Below are positions 53,830-62,118 of a DNA stretch of 64,000 bases, in pieces. The notes under the pieces are model-generated. The model was not told the DNA's origin, made no database searches, and saw only the letters and a list, made by a program, of their open reading frames with translations. The position numbers and the translations under genes were made by a program. Source of the stretch: Anaerolineae bacterium (lineage in GTDB: Bacteria; Chloroflexota; Anaerolineae; JAAYZQ01); the NCBI GenBank assembly GCA_041300865.1, contig JBFYTF010000172.1, positions 113,754 to 177,753 of the forward strand, read 5' to 3'. The stretch's first letter is position 1; each line of letters opens with the position of its first letter.

Positions 53830-55125
53830 ATGATGCCCCGACTGAAAGGCTGGTCGCAGACCCTCACGAGCTGGCAGACTGTGGCACTTGGGCCGATCGT
53901 CGTGCCCCTCCTCTTCCCCGACCTGGTGCCCCAACTACTGGTGGTCCTCGCCCTGCTGGGACTCCCTGCACTGTGGCTCCTGTCACGGTGGGGATGTGGT
54001 GTCTTTGTGCCGGCCACTCCCCTGGATCTGCCCTGGCTAGTGGTGCTGCTCGTCTCCCTTGGCACCCTCCTGGCGGCGACTGCGCCTGCGCTGGCTTTGC
54101 CCCAGGTCTTCAAGGTCCTCATTGCCCTGGCCCTGTATTATGGGCTGGTGAACACCCTGCGCAGTGAGACACGTCTCGCCTGGGCAGGGATCGGCCTGCT
54201 GCTGGCGAGCGCAGCTATCGCCGCCGTGGGCCTCGCCGGTATGGGGCCTGGGGGCGCAAGCCCCGCCTCCGTGGCAGGCGGCTCAACAGACCGCCTCTTT
54301 GGCTTGATCACCCCCTTCTGGAACCGCGCGGGGTTCAACCCCAACATCGTCGGGGGGACGCTGGCCGTGATGTTGCCCCTCACCCTGGCGTATGCCTGGG
54401 GCACCGCGGGCTGGCGCCGGCTGCCGTTCATCGCGGCCCTGCTGGCCGAGGGCGCGGCGCTCCTCCTCACGCAATCCCGCGGCGCGATTCTCGGGTTTGC
54501 CGCCGGCGCCGCCGCCGTCGCCCTGGCCCGCGACCGGCGTTGGGGCCTGGTGATCCTTGGCGCCTGCTCCGCCGGTGGGGCTGCCGTCCTGCTCTATCCC
54601 GGGCCGGTCCTGGACATGCTCACGGCGGGGGGCGGGGGGATCATGGACAGTGCTCAGGGGCGGCTGGAGCTTTGGGTGCGGGCGGTGGCCATGGCGACCG
54701 ATTTTCCTTTTACCGGGGTGGGCATGGGCAGCTTTGCCCGGGCCCTGTGGCTGCTCTACCCTCTCGCTTCCGTCGGCCCGGCCACTGTTCTCGACCACGC
54801 CCACAACCTCTTCCTGCAGGCCGCCACGGACTACGGATTGCCTGGCCTGGTCGCCTGGCTGGCGCAGATGTTGCTGCTGCTCTGGATGGCAGTCGGCGCC
54901 GTGCGCGCTGTTCGCGGCGGCAGCCTGTGGCCTCTGGCCGCAGGCCTGCTCGGCGGGTTGGTTGCCTACCTGGTCCACGGCTTGACGGACAGCTTTACCT
55001 ACTATGCCAAGGGCCATACCGTGGTGTGGGGCTGCCTATCGGTGATCGCCGCGCTTTGGCTGGTCCTGCAGGACGGCAGACTGCGCGGGCCCCGGGGGGG
55101 CGCCGGCCCGGTGGGCGCGGAATAG
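53830..55125 (+). CDS. O-antigen ligase / Wzy_C-family membrane protein
   Basis: 'LLLTQSRGAILGF' and 'DHAHNLFLQAATDYGLPGL' are Wzy_C signatures. It has ~11 TM helices. Confidence 0.8.
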   Translation: MMPRLKGWSQTLTSWQTVALGPIVVPLLFPDLVPQLLVVLALLGLPALWLLSRWGCGVFVPATPLDLPWLVVLLVSLGTLLAATAPALALPQVFKVLIALALYYGLVNTLRSETRLAWAGIGLLLASAAIAAVGLAGMGPGGASPASVAGGSTDRLFGLITPFWNRAGFNPNIVGGTLAVMLPLTLAYAWGTAGWRRLPFIAALLAEGAALLLTQSRGAILGFAAGAAAVALARDRRWGLVILGACSAGGAAVLLYPGPVLDMLTAGGGGIMDSAQGRLELWVRAVAMATDFPFTGVGMGSFARALWLLYPLASVGPATVLDHAHNLFLQAATDYGLPGLVAWLAQMLLLLWMAVGAVRAVRGGSLWPLAAGLLGGLVAYLVHGLTDSFTYYAKGHTVVWGCLSVIAALWLVLQDGRLRGPRGGAGPVGAE

Positions 55126-55126
55126 C

Positions 55127-56476
55127 GTGCGCGCCGTCCTGGCTTGGCTCGGCCGGCCACTGCCCATCGTCCTCACGGCGCTGCTGCTGCGCCTGGCCGC
55201 GGCCTGGCTGTTACCGCCGCCGGCCGATTTCGCCTCACGCACCGATAGCGGGCTGACGGCCCTCAACGTGGTGTCGGGGGCGGGATACACCCACGATTTC
55301 TATGGCTGGCGCCCGGGCGCGCCGCTGCAGGCCTACATGCCGCCGCTGCACGTTGCCTGGCTATCCCTGAGCCTGCTTCTGCCCGATCCCCGCCTGGCGC
55401 TCAGCGTCCAGCAGGCCGCCGCGGGCACGTTGGCCGTGTGGCTGGTGTACCGGCTGGCAGCGGCGTTGGCCGGCCCGTTGACCGGCGCACTGGCGGGCTG
55501 GGCCATGGCGCTCTACCCAACGTATATCATCACGACCACGATACCCGAGTCGGTGGCCCTCCTGGTCGCCTGCCTGGCGGCGCTGCTGTTCCTGGCCTGG
55601 CGGCTCTGGGAAAGACCAGGCTTGGGCCGCGCCGCGGCCGCGGGGTTGGCCCTTGGACTCCTGGCCCTGGGCCGGCCTCACGCCCTGCTGCTGGCGCCGG
55701 CGCTGCTCGCCTGGCTGGCCTTCAGGCGCCCCCGGCCCTCAGGGCTGCCGCGGCTGGCCGCGGTCTTATTCCTGGCGGTGGGGCTCGTCGTGGGTCCCTG
55801 GATCTTGCGCAACTCTGTAGTCTTGAAGGAGCCGGCCTTTATCTCGACCAACGGCGGCCGCACCAGCTGGCTCGGCAACAACCCCTTCACCACCGGCTCC
55901 GGCGGCGACGTCTATGCTCGTCGGTTGGCAGCCTACAAGGGCATCGAGCCCGATCTTTCGTCGCCGGAAATAGTAGAGTTTCCCGCTGATTACCCCTTGC
56001 CCCACGGGCTGGAGGCCCAGGTAGCGGTGCTCACGGAGCAGGCCCTGGAACGCGCTTTATATCGGGCAGCCCTGGACTATGCCCGGGCCGAGCCGGCGGA
56101 GTGGCTGGGGCTGGAAGCCCGCAAACTTCTGAGCTTATGGTGGTTCCGGCCCAACCTGGGCGCCAATCCCCAGTACCAGGGAGAGTGGACAGCAGTGTAC
56201 CGCGTCGTGTACAGCGGAGTTGTGGCCGTGGCTTTGGCCGGCTTGGTCCTTTCCCTGCGGCAGGGTGGGTGGCGGCGCTGGGGGCTTCTCTACGCGGTCC
56301 TCGCCGTCCAGTCCGTCGTCTACCTTGGGTTTCACGTCCTCACCCGCTTTCGTTGGGAGATAGAGTTTATCCTGCTCATCCTGGCCTCCTTTGCCGTCGC
56401 CTGGGCCTACGAGAGGGCCGCCATGAAATCCGCCGAGGCCGCGGTCGGGCTCGCTTTTCACGAAGGAGTGCAATGA
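55127..56476 (+). CDS. Polytopic membrane glycosyltransferase, GT-C fold (PMT_2/ArnT-like)
   Basis: It is multi-TM. The first loop is 'RTDSGLTALNVVSGAGYTHDF'. The GTG start is 1 nt after the upstream stop. Confidence 0.6.
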   Translation: MRAVLAWLGRPLPIVLTALLLRLAAAWLLPPPADFASRTDSGLTALNVVSGAGYTHDFYGWRPGAPLQAYMPPLHVAWLSLSLLLPDPRLALSVQQAAAGTLAVWLVYRLAAALAGPLTGALAGWAMALYPTYIITTTIPESVALLVACLAALLFLAWRLWERPGLGRAAAAGLALGLLALGRPHALLLAPALLAWLAFRRPRPSGLPRLAAVLFLAVGLVVGPWILRNSVVLKEPAFISTNGGRTSWLGNNPFTTGSGGDVYARRLAAYKGIEPDLSSPEIVEFPADYPLPHGLEAQVAVLTEQALERALYRAALDYARAEPAEWLGLEARKLLSLWWFRPNLGANPQYQGEWTAVYRVVYSGVVAVALAGLVLSLRQGGWRRWGLLYAVLAVQSVVYLGFHVLTRFRWEIEFILLILASFAVAWAYERAAMKSAEAAVGLAFHEGVQ

Positions 56477-59013
56477 GGCCATTTCTGCTGTCCGTGGCGC
56501 TGTGGCTGACCTTGCTGTCGGGGCTGGCTGCGGCCGGCGACGGGCCGGTAGCTCCCCAGGCGCGAGCCCTCGCCGCCGGCGCAGCCTGCCGGCCCGCGCT
56601 GTTCGAGCGCCAGCGCTACGGGTTCGTGGCCACGCAAGGCTCGTGGCCGCAGACCTTTGATGTGGCGCGCCTGCATGCCGGCTGGGCTGCGGACCACGCC
56701 CTGGGCGCGCCTCCCTCCGGTATGGACCGTGCCCTCGTGCTGCGCACGCCTTACGGCTACCAGGTGGACCCAGCGCTGTTGGGCCCCATCGTAGACGCCA
56801 ATCCCGGCGCGACCTGGCTCATCAGCAACGAGCCCGATTCCATCTGGCAGGACGATCTGCCCCCGGCCGAGTATGCCCGCATTTACCACGACGCCTACGT
56901 CTTCCTGAAGGCGCGTGACGCCAGCGCCCGCGTGGCGGCCGGTGGCATTGTCCAGCCCACACCGCTGCGCCTCCAATACCTCGACCTCGTCCTCGACGCG
57001 TATCGAGCTCGCTACGGCCGCGCCCTGCCTGCCGATCTGTGGCACATCCACAACGCGATCCTCAACGAGGTCAGCTGCAGCTATGATCCGGCGAACTGCT
57101 GGGGTGCCCAGATCCCGACCGGCGTCGACGCTGACTTCGGCGTCCTCAGGGATATCGACGACAACGACAACCTGGACATGTTCAAAGCCCAGATCTGGGC
57201 TTTTCGCCAATGGCTGGCCAGCCGCGGCTACGCCGGGCTGCCTGTTATAGTCTCCGAGTTTGGTGTCCTCATGCCCGAGTCGTACGGCTTTGACCCGGCC
57301 CGCGTGACTGCGTTCATGACCGCCACCTTTGACTTTCTGGCCACGGCCTCCGACCCGCTTCTGGGCGATCCCCTTGACGGGGGCCGCCTGGTGCAGCGCT
57401 GGGCGTGGTTCAGCCTCGATGTGCCGGCCTACGATCCGGAAACGGCGCTGACAGGCTTTAACGGCAACCTTTTTGACCCCAAAACGGCGGATATCACGGC
57501 CTACGGCCTCCACTACGAGGGGCTCACCGCGAGCCTGCCCGCCCTGGACTATGCCGAGCTGGCGCTCATGCGCTGGCAAGTGCCGCCGGTAGGACGGGCC
57601 CTGACGCTGTCGGAGACTGTCACCCTGCCTGTGACGGTGCGCCTGGGCAACAGCGGCACCACGCCCGCCGCGGCCTTTGCTGTGCGCCTGCAGTACAATG
57701 GTGCACGTCACGGCGCTGCGGAGCAGGTTGTGACCGGCCTGCCGTCGTTGGGTTCCGTAGAGCTGACCTTCATCTTGTCCGACCTACTGCCCGGCGTCTA
57801 TGATCTCGACCTGGCCATTGACGCCCTCGACCAGGTGGACGAGCCGGCAGAGTGCGACAACCACCATGTCCGCCGCCTCATCGTGCCCACGCACGTCGTC
57901 TACTTGCCCCTGGTCGTGAACCGCGCCGGCCCGGCCTCCGCCCGGTTGCCCGCAAGTTCCATTTCTCCCCCTTCCTTCGCCGTGGACGAGAGCGGAGTGC
58001 CCGAGTCTTCTCCGCCTTCCCTGGTAGGGAAAGGGGCCGGGGGGGCGGGTTCCCCTGCCCTTCGGGAGTTCCCCTTGCCCCAGCCGGGCAGCTATCCGGG
58101 GCAGCTTGCCCTTGACACTGCCACCGGGGCGGTATGGGTTACCGAGCGTGACGGCAACCGGCTGGCCCGTCTCGATCCTACCGTCGGTGCCTGGGCCGAG
58201 TTCGTCATTCCTACCGGTGCCAGTGAGCCCTGGGGCCTCGCCCTGGATGGAGACGGAAGCCTGTGGTTTGCCGAGACGGCGGGCAACAAGATCGGCCGCC
58301 TGGATCTCGACGGCGGGACCATCGAGGAGTACGGCGGTCTCACGGCGGACAGCGAGCCGTGGGGTGTGGCGGTTGCCGATGGTTACGTGTGGTTCACCGA
58401 GCGGGCGGGCAACAACATCGGCCGCCTCGATTCCACCACCGGCACCCTTGTTGAGTACCCACTCAACGTGGCCGGCTCGCGCCCCTCCGGCCTTTCGGCC
58501 TCGTCCGTCTCGTTTAGCGGGGTCACGCTCTGGTATCTGTGGTTCGCGGAGCCGGGGTCCAACCTGCTGGGCCGCATGCGCTTGGGCGACCCTAAGGTTT
58601 ACGACCTAGCGCCACGCACCGCATACAGCGCTCCCCAGGACGTGGTGTGGGAGGGCGGCACGCCATGGATCACCGAGCTGGCGGCCAACAAGATCGCCAC
58701 GTTCGGTTTCGGCACAACCTCCCTCTGGACAGAGGTGGCCGTGACCACGCCTGACAGCGAGCCGTACGGCATCACCCTCCAGGGCAGCGATCTGGTGTGG
58801 TTTACCGAGCGGGCGGGCAACCGCCTGGGGCGCTACCGGGTCTCCACCGGAGCCCTGGTGGAGTACTCGCTGCCTACGCCGGGAAGCCAGCCGACCGACA
58901 TCGCCGTCGACAGTGCCGGCTGTGCCTGGTACGCCGCCCCAGGAGCCAACCGCATCGGGCGTCTGTGCCCCACGTCCCTTGCGCCCATCTACCTGCCGGT
59001 GGTCATACACTAG
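56473..59013 (+). CDS. Secreted multidomain protein: GH-A 'Glyco_hydro_cc'-like catalytic core + CARDB-like domain + Vgb (streptogramin-lyase)-like beta-propeller
   Basis: The signal peptide is MRPFLLSVALWLTLLSGLAAA. GH motifs are 'WLISNEPD' and 'VIVSEFG'. The CARDB-like stretch includes 'VTLPVTVRLGNSGT'. There are about six repeats of 'EPWG[LV]A...G..WF[AT]E.AGN.IGRLD'. The ATG has an ATGA overlap after GAAGGAG. Confidence 0.75.
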   Translation: MRPFLLSVALWLTLLSGLAAAGDGPVAPQARALAAGAACRPALFERQRYGFVATQGSWPQTFDVARLHAGWAADHALGAPPSGMDRALVLRTPYGYQVDPALLGPIVDANPGATWLISNEPDSIWQDDLPPAEYARIYHDAYVFLKARDASARVAAGGIVQPTPLRLQYLDLVLDAYRARYGRALPADLWHIHNAILNEVSCSYDPANCWGAQIPTGVDADFGVLRDIDDNDNLDMFKAQIWAFRQWLASRGYAGLPVIVSEFGVLMPESYGFDPARVTAFMTATFDFLATASDPLLGDPLDGGRLVQRWAWFSLDVPAYDPETALTGFNGNLFDPKTADITAYGLHYEGLTASLPALDYAELALMRWQVPPVGRALTLSETVTLPVTVRLGNSGTTPAAAFAVRLQYNGARHGAAEQVVTGLPSLGSVELTFILSDLLPGVYDLDLAIDALDQVDEPAECDNHHVRRLIVPTHVVYLPLVVNRAGPASARLPASSISPPSFAVDESGVPESSPPSLVGKGAGGAGSPALREFPLPQPGSYPGQLALDTATGAVWVTERDGNRLARLDPTVGAWAEFVIPTGASEPWGLALDGDGSLWFAETAGNKIGRLDLDGGTIEEYGGLTADSEPWGVAVADGYVWFTERAGNNIGRLDSTTGTLVEYPLNVAGSRPSGLSASSVSFSGVTLWYLWFAEPGSNLLGRMRLGDPKVYDLAPRTAYSAPQDVVWEGGTPWITELAANKIATFGFGTTSLWTEVAVTTPDSEPYGITLQGSDLVWFTERAGNRLGRYRVSTGALVEYSLPTPGSQPTDIAVDSAGCAWYAAPGANRIGRLCPTSLAPIYLPVVIH

Positions 59014-61419
59014 GTGCCGATCGTGATCGATTGGTGGGGTGTCTTTGCCAATGCCCTCTGGCTCGTGGGCCTCGCCGTGGCGCTGGCCGCCCTGAGCATG
59101 GCCACCTTCCGCGCCGGTCAGGCCGGGCACACTCTGAGGGCGGAGTTGGCGCCTCCGGCCTTCCAGGTCCCTCTGCTGGCCGGCCTCCTCCTCTTCTGCC
59201 TGGGCTTGCTCCTGGCAAGCCAATCATGGGCGGAAAGGCTTGTCTGGGCGGCCCTGGCCCTCCTCTGTGGCTTCGTCTCGATTCGTGGCGGGCTGGCGCT
59301 GGCCAGGGCCGGGCGCCAGGCTTCACCCGAGGCCGTCCCATCGCCGGCATCGGCGGCCGGCACCGCGCCGGATGGCTCACTGCCCGTGACCCGCAACGGC
59401 CGCGCGCGGCCCGCTGTCTCTCGCAGCCGGGCGGGCTGCCTGTTGCTTGCTGCCGGCCTGCTGCTCGTGGCCGGCTGGGCGGCCGTCACCGCGGCGCAGC
59501 TCTACGGCCATGGACGTTCGCTGCTGGACCACCTGCAAGCCCTGGAAGGCCTCGCCGCCGGCGACTTGGCCTCGATGGACGTGGCCGGCCTGGCAGGTGC
59601 TGGGGAGCACCTGGGCGGCATGCGCCGCGACCTGGAGGCCATCGCCACCCGGCTGGGCCCGCTGCCCCAGGCCGGCCGGCTGTTGGCCTGGGTGCCGGGC
59701 TACGGCGGAGATCTGGCCGCCGCGCCGGACCTTCTCGACCTGGCGCTGGATGTGTCCGCCGCGGGGGATGGCACCTTCCAGGCCCTTTCCCCGGCACTGG
59801 ACTTGCTGGCCGGCGGTTCAGAGGGGAGCCTCGCCCTTCTCTCTGCCGGCGAGCAGGTTCTGCCCCTCCTGGTCGAGGCCCGGCCCGCCCTCGAGCAGGC
59901 CCGGGCAGACCTGGCTGCTGCGCAACAGGTCCGGGCGGGGATCGAAGCCGGCAGCCTCTCGCCGCGGGTAGCGGGGCTATTGGCGCGCCTGGACGGCACT
60001 CTGCCCCTATTTGCCGCCGCTGTAGACGGGGCGCTGCTGCTGCCCAACCTGTTGGGCGTCGACGGTCCACGCACCTACCTGGTCATGGCCCAGAATAACC
60101 AGGAGCTGCGCGCCACAGGTGGTTTCATCAGCGGCGTCGGAGAGCTGCGGGTGGCCGGCGGGCGGCTGGAGAGCGCAGACACCGGCGGTCAAGGAGGGCT
60201 GGACCTCCGCGACAGCTATGCCGTCGACAACCTGGCGGTGCCCCATGAGGTAGCCCCCGCCGATTTTCAGCAAGTCCTGATGGGTGACCTCATCTTTTTC
60301 CGGGATGCGAATTGGGACCCGGACTTTCCCACTACAGCACGGCGTGCGCTGGAAATCTATGCTCGGGACCAGGGGATCGAGGCTGATGGCGTCGTCGCCC
60401 TGGACCTCACCGCCTTGGAGTTGCTCGTCGCAGCCGCGGGCTCCCTATCTGTGGCCGGCGTTGACGGGCCCGTGGATGCTCGCAACGTGATGCGCGTCAT
60501 CCAGGGGCAGTGGAGCCAGCCGGCAGAGGGCGATGGCAGCGATTGGTGGCTGCACCGCAAAGACTTCATGGGGGACGTAGCCGCCGCCTTGTTCGGGAAG
60601 CTGGCTGAGGCCGAGGGCGTCGAACCGGCGGCCCTGGTCGGCGCCGTCCAGCGCGCCCTGGACGAAAAACACCTCCTGGTCTATCTGCGCGATCCCGCTG
60701 CCGCGGCCTTGCTTCGCGCCCGGAACTGGGACGGCGCGCTGCCGGCCCCCGCCTTCGAGGGCGATTTCCTGATGCTCGTGGACACCAACGCCGGCTTCAA
60801 CAAGGTCGATCCCCGCATCCAGCGCTCGCTCTCTTACCAGGTCGACCTGGCAAGCCGTGAACGTGCTCGCGCACGGGCGACCGCGACCTACCGCCACCGG
60901 GGGCAACAAGCTGTAGGCGATTGTATCCAGGAGGCCCGTTATGGCGAGACGTATGAGGACATGCAGGAGCGCTGTTACTGGGACTATGCCCGCCTGTACG
61001 TGCCGGAGGGCAGCCGGCTGGTGGAGGGGCCAGGCCTGCTAGCTGCACCCCTGGGCAGCCTCATGGCCCGCAGCAGCCTGTCGCTGCCCCTGGAGCCCGC
61101 GCTGGACGCCGGTGATTGGGCCGCCTGGACTGCCTTTTTCTCGCTGGCGCCTACGGAGGAGCGCACCGTCGCCTGGACCTATGACCTGCCCGCGTACGCC
61201 ATCGCCGCCCGGTCCGACGGGCTCCTGGAGTACCGTCTGCGGGTGGCCAAGCAGCCGGGAACGGATGCCATCCCCCTGCGACTCGAGATCCGCCTGCCCA
61301 ACGGCGCCGAGCTGGTGGCGGGCTCCCTTGCGGTGGACACCGATCTGCGCCAAGACCGCGACTTTGTGGTCCTGTACCGGCCGCAGCCCGCCGGGCTGGA
61401 AACGGAAGGGAGGCCGTAA
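59014..61419 (+). CDS. DUF4012-domain membrane-anchored protein
   Basis: It has N-terminal TM helices. 'YLVMAQNNQELRATGGFISGVGEL' is the DUF4012 hallmark as I recall it. The GTG start directly abuts the upstream stop. Confidence 0.7.
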   Translation: MPIVIDWWGVFANALWLVGLAVALAALSMATFRAGQAGHTLRAELAPPAFQVPLLAGLLLFCLGLLLASQSWAERLVWAALALLCGFVSIRGGLALARAGRQASPEAVPSPASAAGTAPDGSLPVTRNGRARPAVSRSRAGCLLLAAGLLLVAGWAAVTAAQLYGHGRSLLDHLQALEGLAAGDLASMDVAGLAGAGEHLGGMRRDLEAIATRLGPLPQAGRLLAWVPGYGGDLAAAPDLLDLALDVSAAGDGTFQALSPALDLLAGGSEGSLALLSAGEQVLPLLVEARPALEQARADLAAAQQVRAGIEAGSLSPRVAGLLARLDGTLPLFAAAVDGALLLPNLLGVDGPRTYLVMAQNNQELRATGGFISGVGELRVAGGRLESADTGGQGGLDLRDSYAVDNLAVPHEVAPADFQQVLMGDLIFFRDANWDPDFPTTARRALEIYARDQGIEADGVVALDLTALELLVAAAGSLSVAGVDGPVDARNVMRVIQGQWSQPAEGDGSDWWLHRKDFMGDVAAALFGKLAEAEGVEPAALVGAVQRALDEKHLLVYLRDPAAAALLRARNWDGALPAPAFEGDFLMLVDTNAGFNKVDPRIQRSLSYQVDLASRERARARATATYRHRGQQAVGDCIQEARYGETYEDMQERCYWDYARLYVPEGSRLVEGPGLLAAPLGSLMARSSLSLPLEPALDAGDWAAWTAFFSLAPTEERTVAWTYDLPAYAIAARSDGLLEYRLRVAKQPGTDAIPLRLEIRLPNGAELVAGSLAVDTDLRQDRDFVVLYRPQPAGLETEGRP

Positions 61420-61443
61420 CGGGGCGATGAGAGGAGAAACGCC

Positions 61444-62118
61444 GTGAACGATAGCGCGCACGACCGCCGCATCTTGGTTCTGGCGCTGCTGGCCGTCCTG
61501 GCCCTGCGGTTGGTGGCTTGGACGGGCGGTGAGGCTGGCCTGGTGCATGCCGGCCAGACGATTCCCACCCGGACGCCCACCGGGCAGCCGGTGACGCCGC
61601 CGCCGGTAGGGCCGAGCCGCACACCGCCGCCGGGTGAGCCTACCCAGCAGCCCTCTCCCACGACGGCCCCGCCGGCGGCGACGTCCCCCGAGCCGGCCGG
61701 CGCCACAGCGTCTGCCACGCCTCTGTCAGGAGGCAGCCCGGCGCCGCCTACTGCCACGCCGGCTGTGGGCACGCCCACGCCCATGTCCGGCACGCCCCCG
61801 TCCACCGCGAGCGCGGTTACCGCGCCTGCCGAGTCACCGCCCGCAGCTGTGGAAAGCATCACAGCCGGTCCCGGCGAGCCCACCTCGGCCGCGCCCGCGG
61901 TCACCCTCACGCCCGAGATGCCAGGCCCGACGGCGGAACCACTCCCCACGCCCCTACTGGTGGGCGGCGAGCCAGAAGGCGCCGCGGTAGGAGGCTCGCA
62001 AAGCGCGACCGGAGGCCTGGCCGCGGTCCTGCTGTCGCCCTGCCTGTGGATCGGGCTGGGGTTGCTCCTCATGGCTGCGGGTGCGGCGATCCTGCTAACC
62101 AGGCGGCGCGCAGCCTGA
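61444..62118 (+). CDS. Pro/Thr/Ala-rich low-complexity surface protein with signal peptide and C-terminal TM anchor plus basic tail
   Basis: 224 aa. The signal peptide is ILVLALLAVLALRLVAW..VHA. About 150 aa of PT/A/S-rich sequence follow. The C-terminus is 'QSATGGLAAVLLSPCLWIGLGLLLMAAGAAILLTRRRAA'. The GTG follows GAGAGGAG. Codon-level support is weak in low-complexity sequence. Confidence 0.55.
   Translation: MNDSAHDRRILVLALLAVLALRLVAWTGGEAGLVHAGQTIPTRTPTGQPVTPPPVGPSRTPPPGEPTQQPSPTTAPPAATSPEPAGATASATPLSGGSPAPPTATPAVGTPTPMSGTPPSTASAVTAPAESPPAAVESITAGPGEPTSAAPAVTLTPEMPGPTAEPLPTPLLVGGEPEGAAVGGSQSATGGLAAVLLSPCLWIGLGLLLMAAGAAILLTRRRAA

Noticed and set aside
61980-62118. PEP-CTERM or canonical LPXTG sorting signal on the PT-rich protein.
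   Set aside because: 'GEPEG' lies too far from the TM segment and is not a P-E-P motif. 'QSATG' is not LPXTG or LAXTG. It is reported only as sorting-signal-like architecture.
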